From the NCBI GenBank assembly GCA_038245295.1, contig JBBRSP010000001.1, positions 96,001-160,000 of the forward strand: DNA of 64,000 nucleotides, written 5' to 3'. The notes beneath the pieces were generated by a model, which worked only from the letters and a program-made list of their open reading frames with translations, was not told the DNA's origin and did not search any database. The first letter of the stretch is position 1. Each line of letters opens with the position of its first letter. Positions 50,163 through 59,568 of this stretch are shown one piece after another. Made by a program: the position numbers and the translations under genes. Source of the stretch: Candidatus Binatia bacterium. Its GTDB lineage: Bacteria; Desulfobacterota; Binatia; HRBIN30.

Positions 50163-50900
50163 GGTGCCGGACTGTGAACTGTTGAGCTTCAAGTTGGCGA
50201 TTTCCTGGCGGCCGGCTTCGAGGTCTTCGTGGGTGTCGAGGACGCGCCAGTAACCCTCGTGCAGAAAGCCGGCGATTGGTTCGTTGCGATCGAGAAGGTC
50301 GGGGAACGTGTCGCGTGTGATGCTGAAGACACCGTCCGGCAGAAGGGTGAAGATCCTCGGATCGAAGACCATGACGCCGGGGTACAGGCAACGCTGAAGG
50401 GGCCTCTCGGTCGTGCTCGTGGCGCCGTGGCCACGGATGCGTCGCACATACCCCGACGCATCCAGACCGATGTCGTCCTGGCGCAGCGCCCGCGGGTCGG
50501 GTCGCAGCACCATTGTCACCAAAGGACGTCGGGAGCGATGATAGTCGATCACGTCGCCCAGACGGATGTCGATGAACGTGTCGGCGTTGAGCAGGACGAA
50601 GTCATCGTCTTCGAGAAAGGGACGTGCTGCGGCAATGCCGCCACCGGAATCGAGGATTGGATCTTCGGGTGAATACGAAATCGCTACGCCGTACCGGCGG
50701 CCATCACCGAGAGCATTGCGAATCTGCTCACCTTTGTGGTGCAAGTTGATGACGACGTCGCGAATTCCGGCTTCGCGCAGTAAGCGCAGCGGAAAGGCGA
50801 TCATCGGCTCGCCGGCGACGTCGATAAGCGGCTTTGGTGTGTGATCGGTCAATGGCCGCAGCCGCGTGCCGAATCCTGCGGCAAGGATCATCGCCCGCAT
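50154..50900 (-). CDS. murU: Sugar-phosphate nucleotidyltransferase (MurU-like)
   Basis: MRAMILAAGFGTRLRPLTDHTPKPL, VINLHH, SPEDPILDSGGGI; adjacent to amgK-like gene. Confidence 0.8.
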   Translation of the reverse strand: MRAMILAAGFGTRLRPLTDHTPKPLIDVAGEPMIAFPLRLLREAGIRDVVINLHHKGEQIRNALGDGRRYGVAISYSPEDPILDSGGGIAAARPFLEDDDFVLLNADTFIDIRLGDVIDYHRSRRPLVTMVLRPDPRALRQDDIGLDASGYVRRIRGHGATSTTERPLQRCLYPGVMVFDPRIFTLLPDGVFSITRDTFPDLLDRNEPIAGFLHEGYWRVLDTHEDLEAGRQEIANLKLNSSQSGTQA

Positions 50901-50903
50901 GTT

Positions 50904-51971
50904 CTACTCCGGCAGGTAGCGCACCAGCACCTCGGCCATGTCGCGATGCTCGGCGAAGCGCGGTAGGATGCGCTTGATCTGCCGCACCGTTGACGGGACG
51001 TAGCGCATGTAGCCCGGCTTTCCCTTGACCATATCGAGAAAGTAAAAGCGCCCAACGACCTTCAATGCCTTTTGTAGGGCACACAGGAAGTACACTTCCT
51101 CGAAGTTGGCGCGATCCAGCGGCGTGCCGCTGCGGCGTTGCCAGGCGGCGCGATAGTCGTCGAGCAACTGCGCTTCGACCTCCGGACGAATCACCTGCGG
51201 CGTGTCGCGATCACCGAGTAGCGTCGCGAGGTCGTAGGGGCCGGCGGCGAGCAGCGCGTCCTGGAAGTCGATGACCCGGATGCGTCCCTTGTGCACATAG
51301 AGATTCCAGCTGTGATAGTCGCGATGGTTGATGACACGTGGCTCGGCGTCGAGACGTTTGGCAATCGCCGTGAAATGGCTGCGCAGCAGGGCTGCCTCGC
51401 GCTCCGGCAATGCCATCTTCAGACGCTTTTCGACGCCGTATTCGATGAAGTGCTCGAACTCCCACAGGTACAGACGTTCGTCGAACGACTGCTGAAAGGC
51501 CAGACACGACGAGTCGTCGACCCGCGTGCCGTCGATCTGGAGGCGCAGCAGCTCCTCGATTGCTTCGCGATAGCGCGTCAAGACATATTCCGGCGATTTC
51601 CCTTGCACATCATCCCACAGGGGGGTGTCGCCAATGTCTTCGAGCAGCAAGATGCCGCGTTCGGAGGCATCGAGATAGATCTCCGGGATCGGCGAACCGA
51701 TACGTTCCAGCAGGCGCTGCACGTTGACGTAGGGCAGCTCCTTCGGCGTTTCCTTGAATACGGCAAGCTCGTCCGACGACATGGCAATGCCACGGTCGGC
51801 GAGAATCATCGCGACGGTGGTCGGCGGCGCCGAGTTGCCCGACAACCACAGGCGCGCATAGCGGCGCGTTGACGCATCTCCCGCCAGCGGTTCTGCGCGA
51901 ACCAGGCTCGTGGCCGGCCCAAAATGCTCACCAACGAGTTCGGTGAATAGCTGCTCGAGTTGTTGCTCCAC
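50904..51971 (-). CDS. amgK: Anomeric MurNAc/GlcNAc kinase (APH-fold, AmgK-like)
   Basis: LAGDASTRRYAR, LLEDIGD, HRDYHSWN, IDFQDAL, YDLATLL.D. Confidence 0.85.
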   Translation of the reverse strand: MEQQLEQLFTELVGEHFGPATSLVRAEPLAGDASTRRYARLWLSGNSAPPTTVAMILADRGIAMSSDELAVFKETPKELPYVNVQRLLERIGSPIPEIYLDASERGILLLEDIGDTPLWDDVQGKSPEYVLTRYREAIEELLRLQIDGTRVDDSSCLAFQQSFDERLYLWEFEHFIEYGVEKRLKMALPEREAALLRSHFTAIAKRLDAEPRVINHRDYHSWNLYVHKGRIRVIDFQDALLAAGPYDLATLLGDRDTPQVIRPEVEAQLLDDYRAAWQRRSGTPLDRANFEEVYFLCALQKALKVVGRFYFLDMVKGKPGYMRYVPSTVRQIKRILPRFAEHRDMAEVLVRYLPE

Positions 51972-52011
51972 GTGGTGCGACTACCAACCGCATCTGATGA
52001 TGTCAAAATTC

Positions 52012-52124
52012 AGTAGTGTCGCAGTTTGACCTGTTGGCGGCTGGCGGTGGTGGATCCCATCGCCGAGCGCGCCACTCCGATTAGAGAACCTCGGCGGGCG
52101 TCGATCCCAAATCGAGACACTACC
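52012..52124. mobile_element. 113-bp MITE-like element with terminal inverted repeats and 8-bp target duplication
   Basis: GTAGTGTCGCAGTTTG (52013-52028) vs CAAATCGAGACACTAC (52108-52123), 13/16 complementary; flanked by direct repeats CAAAATTC (52004-52011, 52125-52132). Confidence 0.75.
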
Positions 52125-52170
52125 CAAAATTCGAAACGGCATCGGCGTCATCCAACGCCGGCTCGCCCCT

Positions 52171-52839
52171 TCAAGTCAGAGCCGCAAACAGGCCGCACAC
52201 GAGCAGCTCGATGCCTTGTGCATTCATCCGCAGCAACTTCCACGAGACCCCCGTGCCCAGACGGTGCGCCAGCAAGCGAACCACCAGCACGACGGCACCG
52301 GCACAGGCAAAAAGAACAATGCCGAATGCCTGGGCCAGTGTGAACATGACTCCTGCGGTCGCCACACTGGCGATGGCGAACTCCTGGAAGTTGATGCGCG
52401 CATTGAACTTGCGCTCGGGGGCGGCCGCATTGCGCGTGCCGGTGGCAACAACGACGATCGACCAGGTTCCGAGCAATGGTGCAAATAGAAAAGCGCCTGC
52501 AGCGGAGTGGCTGATGTGAAGGAGAGCGAAAAGCTTGAGTCCCAGCTGCGCCAAGAACCATGGCAAGGGAACGTCGCGCCAGTCCGCCGCCAATCCGAGC
52601 CAGACGAGTAACGTCAGCGGCAGCACCAAGATCGTCGGCAGCGTGATGTTCGCGAGATGATAGGTGCCTAGGTTGAGAACACCGATCACCAGACCGATGA
52701 GGGGGAAAAAGATGCTGGCCCGGGCGAACTCACCGCTGTGCGGGCCAGGCGCTTCAATCGGTAGCGGCATCAGCCGCGCCGCGGCGTTCAGCGCATCACG
52801 CGGCGAGGGCAGGGGGGTGGAAGAGGCTGACTCAGGCAT
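52171..52839 (-). CDS. Divergent CobS-like membrane protein lacking the conserved acidic motifs
   Basis: N-terminal RLMPLP...ARASIFFPLIGLVIG and C-terminal HRLG..V resemble CobS; no HxDGxxDxxD, MKD or GD motifs. Confidence 0.55.
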   Translation of the reverse strand: MPESASSTPLPSPRDALNAAARLMPLPIEAPGPHSGEFARASIFFPLIGLVIGVLNLGTYHLANITLPTILVLPLTLLVWLGLAADWRDVPLPWFLAQLGLKLFALLHISHSAAGAFLFAPLLGTWSIVVVATGTRNAAAPERKFNARINFQEFAIASVATAGVMFTLAQAFGIVLFACAGAVVLVVRLLAHRLGTGVSWKLLRMNAQGIELLVCGLFAALT

Positions 52840-52933
52840 TGAAGAGGAGGGCCTACTGTATTTCCCAGCCTCACGCCATCGGTGCTAAGACGCGACGGAC
52901 TTCGGAGTCGAGGCAGAGACAGGGGAGAACGAG

Positions 52934-53806
52934 ATGTCGGACAGGGCGAATCTGAGGGGACGTATCTGCGTGATCACCGGCGCCACGTCGGGGATCGGCA
53001 AAGCAACCGCCGCGGCGTTGGCGTCGATGGGCGCGCGCCTGTTCCTCGTGGCGCGCAACCGCGCCAAGGCCGATGAAGCGGCCGCGGAGATTCGCGCCAA
53101 GACACCAAGCTGCGAGATCGAGATCTTCATCGCCGACCTGGCTTCACAAGAGGAAATCCGTCGCGTTGCGGGTGAGATCCTGGCGACGGGACAGCCGATC
53201 CACCTGCTCGTCAACAACGCCGGTGTCGTCAATCTGCAGCGCAAGCTGACGGTCGACGGCATCGAGGAAGTGTTCGCCGTGAATCATCTCGGTTATTTCC
53301 TGTTCACACTCTTGCTGCTGGATCGGATCAAGGCGAGCGCCCCGGCGCGCATCGTCAACGTCGCTTCGGAGGCGCACAAATTTTCCGGCATCAACTTCGA
53401 TGATCTCGGCGGCGAGCGCGCCTACAAGTCGATGCGCATCTACGGTCAATCGAAGATGGCCAACATCATGTTCACCTACGAGCTGGCGCGGCGCCTCGAA
53501 GGGAGCGGCGTGACGGTGAACTGTCTCCACCCCGGCGCCGTTTCGACCGGTCTTGGCGTGAACAACGGCGCCTTCGCGAAAGTCCTCATTGGCTTCCTGC
53601 AGCTGTTCTTCAAAACACCGGAGCAGGGCGCCGCGACCTCGATCTACCTGGCGTCTTCCCCGGCAGTCGAAGGAGTAAGTGGCAAGTACTTCGACAAGTG
53701 CCGCGAGCGCCGTTCCTCGAAGGCATCCTATGACGAAGCGGTGCAGAAGCGCCTGTGGGAGCTCAGCGCGAAGATGACCGGGGTTGGGGGTACTCCGGTT
53801 GGCTAG
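52934..53806 (+). CDS. Short-chain dehydrogenase (retinol dehydrogenase-like SDR)
   Basis: TGATSGIG, LVNNAG, FAVNHLGYF, YGQSK, LHPGAV.T. Confidence 0.93.
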   Translation: MSDRANLRGRICVITGATSGIGKATAAALASMGARLFLVARNRAKADEAAAEIRAKTPSCEIEIFIADLASQEEIRRVAGEILATGQPIHLLVNNAGVVNLQRKLTVDGIEEVFAVNHLGYFLFTLLLLDRIKASAPARIVNVASEAHKFSGINFDDLGGERAYKSMRIYGQSKMANIMFTYELARRLEGSGVTVNCLHPGAVSTGLGVNNGAFAKVLIGFLQLFFKTPEQGAATSIYLASSPAVEGVSGKYFDKCRERRSSKASYDEAVQKRLWELSAKMTGVGGTPVG

Positions 53807-53928
53807 GGCGTGGCGCGTCGGTGGTAGGGCGTTGGTTCACAGCGTCGGGAAGAGTTCTTCGACACGCAGCGGCTTTGTAGGGGCTCCCCGCCCGCCCCGT
53901 TATGCCCGACCCCCTACCTGATCAGGTG

Positions 53929-56061
53929 TTACTTCCCGTGTCGTTCATCCTCGGCACGTTGCTCCAAATACGAGAGGATCGCGTCGGCGTCATTGCCATC
54001 AAGCCACTTGCCGAAGCCGGGCATGCCCTTCGCCTTGGTCAACGCGCCCTCGAGCACGATCGCTTTGAAGCCGCCGCGTACTTCCGGTGAGATGTGCCGC
54101 AGATCAGGCAATACACCGCCTCCGACGGCTCCGGCGCCGTGGCAGGTCTGGCAGTGACGGCTGTAGAGATTCTCGCCGTGCGCAATCACCGCCTTGGGCG
54201 CGGTGGGCGCTTCCAGGGCGACGGCCGGCGTCGGGCGTGCGGGCGGTGCGGGTGGTAGTTGCGCCGTGCCGCCGAGCTTGAAGGTCAGCAGACGACCGAC
54301 GTTCCGTACGTTGTTGGCCGCCGCCGCGTCACCACCGTAGAGGCCGAAGACGCCGCCCCAGCCGGCCATCACCGACACGTACTGCTCGCCATCCACGGTG
54401 TAGGTCACCGGTGCCGCCACCACACCTGTCCCCGCCGGAGCTTCCCACAACTTCGTGCCGTCGGTGGCCCGATAGGCGACGAAGCGACCGTCCGCCGTTC
54501 CCTGGAAGACAAGATTACCCGCCGTGCTCAGCGTGCCGCCGTTCCATGGGCCGGCGTAGTCGACGCGCCAGGCTTCCTTTTGCTTGATCGGATCCCAAGC
54601 GAGAAGATGTCCCTTGGCGAGCGCACGCGGGAATTCCTTGATCAGGGTCAGGTCTGTGCCGGTGTTCCAATCGCCGGGGCGATAGTGCCACTTCTTGTCG
54701 AGGGCAAACGGAGCGGCAATGTCCTGGGCCGGAATGTACACCAACCCGGTCTGCGGATTGAAAGACATCGGCTGCCAGTTGTGCCCGCCGAGCTGCGACG
54801 GTTTCACCACCGTCATCTTGGTCTTGTAGTTGGTGATCTTGTTTTCGACGGGCCTGCCGGTCTTCATGTCGATGCGATCCGCCCACGTTGCTTCGACGTA
54901 CTTCTCGGCCGACAGCAGCTCGCCGGTGGTGCGATCGATCACATAGAAGAAGCCATTCTTCGGGGCGTGCAAAATGACCTTGCGAGTCTGTCCCTTGATT
55001 GGCAGCTCGGCGAGGATGATGTGCTGCGTCGCCGTGTAGTCCCACGTGTCGCCGGGCGTCTCCTGGTAATACCAGACCAACTCGCCGGTTTCCGGTCGCA
55101 GGGCCAGAATCGACGAGAGATACAAATTGTCGCCGCCTCCGGGGCTGCGCACATAACGGCTCCACGGCGATCCGTTGCCGGTGCCGATGTAGAGCAGGTT
55201 GAGGTCGGGGTCGTAGGCCATGCTGTCCCAAACCGTCCCGCCACCGCCGACCTCCCACCATTTACCGCCCTTCCAGGTCTTGGCGGCACGCTCGAGTGCC
55301 GGCGACTCGAATGGCTTCGATGGATCACCAGGCACCGTGTAGAAGCGCCACGCCAGCTTGCCGCTGTCCGTATCGTATGCCGATACGTAGCCGCGCACGC
55401 CGAGCTCGGCGCCGCCGTTGCCGATGATGACCTTACCGGCGACGACGCGCGGTGCGCCGGTGATGGTGTAGGGCCGAGTTTGATCGACAGTCACCGTCTC
55501 CCACACCAGGCTCCCGGTCGCCGCATCGAGGGCAATGAGGCGGCCGTCGAGGGTTCCGGAGAAGACACGGCCCTTGTAAACCGCGACGCCTCGATTGACG
55601 ACGTCGCAACAAGCCTTCGGCCCGGCCTCACGCGGGACCTTGGGATCGTAGGTCCAGATCTCTTTACCGGTGCGTGCATCCACGGCGAACACAACGCTCC
55701 AGGAGCCGGTCGTATAGATGACACCGTCGACCACCAGTGGTGTTGCTTCGAGGCCGCGGTCGGTATGGGTGTCGAAGCTCCAGGCCAAGCCGAGCTGGCC
55801 GACGTTGTCGGCGCTGATCTGGTTGAGTGTGCTGAAACGCTGCTCGGCGTAGCTGCCGCCGTGCGTCAGCCAATTCTTCGGCTCCTGGGCGGCACCGTTG
55901 AGGCGCGCGCCGTCGACGGCGTTGACGGCCTGGCGCCGCTGCGTCGTTGCCGCATCCTTGGCGCTCTCCGGTAAATCAGGGGTGGAGCGAGTCAAGCGAT
56001 CGCAGGCGATCAAGCCGCTCATGCAGACACAAACCAACAGCGTCGAACGTGACAGTTTCAT
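53929..56061 (-). CDS. Type II quinohemoprotein (PQQ + cytochrome c) alcohol dehydrogenase, probable lipoprotein
   Basis: LIAC lipobox-like, [32 protein letters not shown]-terminal CQTCH heme motif. Confidence 0.93.
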   Translation of the reverse strand: MKLSRSTLLVCVCMSGLIACDRLTRSTPDLPESAKDAATTQRRQAVNAVDGARLNGAAQEPKNWLTHGGSYAEQRFSTLNQISADNVGQLGLAWSFDTHTDRGLEATPLVVDGVIYTTGSWSVVFAVDARTGKEIWTYDPKVPREAGPKACCDVVNRGVAVYKGRVFSGTLDGRLIALDAATGSLVWETVTVDQTRPYTITGAPRVVAGKVIIGNGGAELGVRGYVSAYDTDSGKLAWRFYTVPGDPSKPFESPALERAAKTWKGGKWWEVGGGGTVWDSMAYDPDLNLLYIGTGNGSPWSRYVRSPGGGDNLYLSSILALRPETGELVWYYQETPGDTWDYTATQHIILAELPIKGQTRKVILHAPKNGFFYVIDRTTGELLSAEKYVEATWADRIDMKTGRPVENKITNYKTKMTVVKPSQLGGHNWQPMSFNPQTGLVYIPAQDIAAPFALDKKWHYRPGDWNTGTDLTLIKEFPRALAKGHLLAWDPIKQKEAWRVDYAGPWNGGTLSTAGNLVFQGTADGRFVAYRATDGTKLWEAPAGTGVVAAPVTYTVDGEQYVSVMAGWGGVFGLYGGDAAAANNVRNVGRLLTFKLGGTAQLPPAPPARPTPAVALEAPTAPKAVIAHGENLYSRHCQTCHGAGAVGGGVLPDLRHISPEVRGGFKAIVLEGALTKAKGMPGFGKWLDGNDADAILSYLEQRAEDERHGK

Positions 56062-56267
56062 CGGCCGAGTCCTTTCCGAATCAGGGTGCGGCGGCATTAA
56101 CCGCAGGTTTGGCGGCGGAGTCAATGCAGGTCGCGAGGCGACATGGACCCGGACCGAGTCGGGCTGCCCTCAGCCCGCGGTCGGCTGACCCGCGGCGGGC
56201 AACGTGAGGGCCATCCTTCGCGCCGAGCGCTCCGGACGGGAGCCACGCCGACTCCATGGCGACAATG

Positions 56268-58361
56268 TTATGCGGGCGCGCTGATCAACGGGCGGATGAT
56301 CGGCGACGGTGTGCCGACGCTGGTCACCCACAACTGATGCACGGCACGCGTGGCGCCGACGTGCAGCAGGCGGCGCGCCGCCGGGTTATCCGGAAAGTGA
56401 CTGCTGCTGGCCTCGACCAGGACCACGTAGTCGAATTCGAGCCCCTTCACCTGATCGATCTCGGTAATCTCGATCCCGGGTGCGAAGGTGAAATCCTGGT
56501 CCTCGACATGATGTAGCCGCGGAACATCGGACGTCTGCAGGCCGCGGAAGTAGAGGCCGCTGACGTCGCCATTGGGTGTCAGCAAGACAATCGATGCGTA
56601 GGGCTCTTTGGCGACGAGATCTTTGAGGGCATCGCCCAGGAAGGCGACGCAGGCACCGTGATCGGTGAAGCGGAAGAACTCGACCGGCGGGCCCGAGCGC
56701 GTCGTAGTCGGTGGCGCCTGGTCTTCGCGTAAGTCGCCGAGCAAGGCGACGGCGAACTCAGCGATCTCGCGCGAACAGCGATAACTGATCTCCAGGGTGC
56801 TGACTTCCGTCCCTCGCAAACCGAGGTGCTTGAAGAAGTCGCTCCACGACGTGAAGCCGCCGTTCTGCACGACGTGTTGCTGCGTGTCGCCGGCTAGTGT
56901 GATGCTGCGTTCCTCGGTCAAACAATCGAGCAGAACCTGGACTTCCATCGGCGCGAAGTCCTGCACCTCATCGATGGCGATATGTTTGTAACGCACCGGC
57001 CTCTCGCCTGGTCCCAGAAGAGGGCCGATGCGCAATTGCCAGGCGCGCAACAGAATGGCGTCATCTTCGGCATCGATCTCGGCCTCGGAGGACAGGTCTC
57101 CTTCGACCCATGACAACACGGCGCGTGCCTGGTCGCGATTGTGGGACGTGGCGCGCACCAGCTCGTCCGTCGTGAAGGCGTCGGGGGCAAGCTCGGAGAA
57201 GATCTCTTCGAGCAGCGGCGCTGAGGTCAGTACGCTAGCCCAATCGTCGATCACCTGCGCCGGCGTCTTGCGGCCCGGCGTTCGCTGAATGTAGCGCTCC
57301 AACGCGATAAGCAGCGCCGGATGTAGCTTGAGCCGATGTACGACGCCGGGCGTGCTCTGGCGCAGCGTGCGCGGCATCTTCGGGAGCATGCGTTTTGACT
57401 GCTCGGTGGCCCATTCGAAGAACGTGCGTACCTGCACGTGATGCACGCCGAGCGCCGGCAGCACGTGGCCGACGTAGTCGCGCAGGGCGCGCGAGAAAAC
57501 GACGACCATGGTTTGCGACGAGTCGACGCTGGGATCCTCGAACGCCAGGTAGGCAATGCGATGCAGGGCGACCGTCGTCTTGCCCGAGCCGGCGGTGCCG
57601 CGAACGACGAGGAATCCGGTTCCCGGACGGGTGATCAAATCGAACTGTGTGGGATCAATCAGCCCGGCGATGTCGGGAAGATGCTTGTCGACCCGTCGCC
57701 GGGTGCCTTCCATGTCGGTGCCGAGCCGGCGGGCCGTGCCTTCTCCCGAGGGATGGGCGCGTAAAGCGGCCCCCTGTCCGCCGGCCAGGCGGGACGCTTC
57801 CTTCTGGGTCTCGCGCCAGCCGTCCGGGGCGTTCGAGTCGGCCGTAAAGATGCCTTCCGGCGCATCGATCCGCTGCATCTTCTTGCTGCGAATGGTCACG
57901 GTGCGGCGGGCCACCACTTCACCGCTCATGGTGCGGCCGGCGATTTCTTCTTCGTAATCATCGCCCTGTTGGTAGCGGTAGAAGATCTTCGAGATCGGCG
58001 CATTGCGCCAATCGACAATGCGGACACCGCGCTGCAGGCGCGTCGCTTTGCCGATGAGAATGTCGCGCTCTTGTTTGTTCTCGCGCAGGCGCAGGTGTGC
58101 GAAGTAGGGCGATTCGACGTCAACCTGTGGCGCCTGACGCGCGGCGCGCAGCTGCTGCAACAACGCGGACTGACGATCCCATTGTTGAATGAGCGCCGGC
58201 TGGTCCTCCGTCTTGACGCCGTCGTTCATCATTTCACGCAGGCGTTCGAGCTCGGCGACCAGCGAAACTTCCGATGGGCCGGATTCGGTTGGCTGCGCGT
58301 CCAGGAGCGAATTGACCTGGTTCAACAGCTCGAGCTCTTCTTTGACGATCTTTTGCGGCAC
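56268..58361 (-). CDS. HelD-like SF1 helicase/ATPase (RNA polymerase recycling family)
   Basis: SPYFAHL, IVDWRNAPI, GTAGSGKTTVALHRIAYL, IDEVQD, GDTQQ, VKGLEFD, HVGATRA. Confidence 0.8.
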   Translation of the reverse strand: MPQKIVKEELELLNQVNSLLDAQPTESGPSEVSLVAELERLREMMNDGVKTEDQPALIQQWDRQSALLQQLRAARQAPQVDVESPYFAHLRLRENKQERDILIGKATRLQRGVRIVDWRNAPISKIFYRYQQGDDYEEEIAGRTMSGEVVARRTVTIRSKKMQRIDAPEGIFTADSNAPDGWRETQKEASRLAGGQGAALRAHPSGEGTARRLGTDMEGTRRRVDKHLPDIAGLIDPTQFDLITRPGTGFLVVRGTAGSGKTTVALHRIAYLAFEDPSVDSSQTMVVVFSRALRDYVGHVLPALGVHHVQVRTFFEWATEQSKRMLPKMPRTLRQSTPGVVHRLKLHPALLIALERYIQRTPGRKTPAQVIDDWASVLTSAPLLEEIFSELAPDAFTTDELVRATSHNRDQARAVLSWVEGDLSSEAEIDAEDDAILLRAWQLRIGPLLGPGERPVRYKHIAIDEVQDFAPMEVQVLLDCLTEERSITLAGDTQQHVVQNGGFTSWSDFFKHLGLRGTEVSTLEISYRCSREIAEFAVALLGDLREDQAPPTTTRSGPPVEFFRFTDHGACVAFLGDALKDLVAKEPYASIVLLTPNGDVSGLYFRGLQTSDVPRLHHVEDQDFTFAPGIEITEIDQVKGLEFDYVVLVEASSSHFPDNPAARRLLHVGATRAVHQLWVTSVGTPSPIIRPLISAPA

Positions 58362-58446
58362 GGCGACCGGCTATCTAACGCCATTCGGCCACGTGGCACA
58401 ATAGGAGAATGAATCCAGCGGGTGCGGCATGGCGAGGACGCAGAGT

Positions 58447-58761
58447 TTAGCCAGCGACCTTGGCGCGCAGCAGTTTGAGCGACGGGAAGCCGAGCAGAAA
58501 CGTCTGTGCCGCCCAGCCGGCGGCGCTATGGAGCAGGTTGTTTTGGCGCGCCAGGCGAAACGCGTAGGCGGCCTCGGCGATATGTACGGCGACGGTCGCG
58601 TTGAAAGCGATAGCGAAGAACCCTTGGCGCAGCGCGCCGGTGATGTGTTGCTCCCACCACGTATAGGCAGTGTCAGAGTAACCGACGACGGCCAGACTCC
58701 CAATTCCCAAGACAATGGATATCCACCAGGCGGCCGCCGGCCGTTCGACGCGATCTGTCAT
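58447..58761 (-). CDS. TMEM254/DUF4499-like small membrane protein
   Basis: VHIAEAAYA, WAAQTFLLGFPSL. Confidence 0.75.
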   Translation of the reverse strand: MTDRVERPAAAWWISIVLGIGSLAVVGYSDTAYTWWEQHITGALRQGFFAIAFNATVAVHIAEAAYAFRLARQNNLLHSAAGWAAQTFLLGFPSLKLLRAKVAG

Positions 58762-58836
58762 TAAGGAGGAGTACAACTTAGATCGTTCCGCAGGCAAGGG
58801 CTTGGGGTGACGATGCCGTTCCGGTAGTTTGAGGCC

Positions 58837-59568
58837 ATGATCGATGCACAGGCGCAGCGCGCCGTGGAGCGGGTGAGCACCGAGGCGCGTGAGTTGTTCG
58901 GCGCGGATCTGGTCAGCCTGATCCTCTACGGTAGCGCGGCGGGACAGGATTTCGTTCCTGATCAGTCGGATGTCAACATTGCCATTGTCCTCAATCGTGT
59001 CGACACGACGCAGTTGCGAAAACTACACGGCCGCCTGCGCGACTGGCGTGTCTTGCGCATCGCTGTGCCCCTGTTGATCGATCGCGAGTTCTTGCGCCGC
59101 GCCTGTGACGTGTTCCCGATGGAGCTGTTCGACATTCAGGGTCAGCATCGCATCCTGTTCGGGGAAGACGTCATCGCCCCGTTGCGAATCGAGGCGCGCT
59201 ATCTGCGCTACCAGGCCGAACACGAAGCGCGCAGCAAGCTGTTGCGGTTGCGGGCAATCTACGCCGAGGTCGGCGACGATCTGCCGCGGTTGCGCGCTTT
59301 GCTGTGTGACTCGGTGAAGACCTTTGCCCTGCTAATGCGCAACCTTCTGCATCTGCGCACGGGGGAGCACCTCATCTCTTCCGACGAGGCGATGCGGCGA
59401 TTCGAGGAAGTTTTCGGACGCCAGTTCCCGGCGTTGCACCAGGTACAGCTTCTGAAGAGGCAGGTGGCCGCTTGGCCGGGCGACGTACACGATTTGTTTG
59501 CGGCGTATGTCGACGACGTCGAAGCGCTTGTTCGCCTCGTCGATCGTTTGCCGGTGGAGAACGCTTGA
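58837..59568 (+). CDS. Nucleotidyltransferase-fold protein with helical C-terminal domain
   Basis: LILYGSAAGQDF..SDVN, DVFPMELFDI, LFGED. Confidence 0.75.
   Translation: MIDAQAQRAVERVSTEARELFGADLVSLILYGSAAGQDFVPDQSDVNIAIVLNRVDTTQLRKLHGRLRDWRVLRIAVPLLIDREFLRRACDVFPMELFDIQGQHRILFGEDVIAPLRIEARYLRYQAEHEARSKLLRLRAIYAEVGDDLPRLRALLCDSVKTFALLMRNLLHLRTGEHLISSDEAMRRFEEVFGRQFPALHQVQLLKRQVAAWPGDVHDLFAAYVDDVEALVRLVDRLPVENA

Noticed and set aside
50904..51971. Aminoglycoside resistance kinase
   Set aside because: The GDAS.R.Y.R motif and adjacency to a MurU-like gene indicate peptidoglycan-recycling AmgK.
53804..53917. GTAGGG-containing motifs here and near 21149-21171 and 31904 as a second REP family
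   Set aside because: The shared core is only 6-9 bp with no consistent palindrome, so it cannot be supported from this window.
53929..56061. Lanthanide-dependent (XoxF/PedH-type) dehydrogenase
   Set aside because: The active site reads WDYTAT and lacks the extra Asp of the D-x-D motif, consistent with a Ca2+-type quinohemoprotein.
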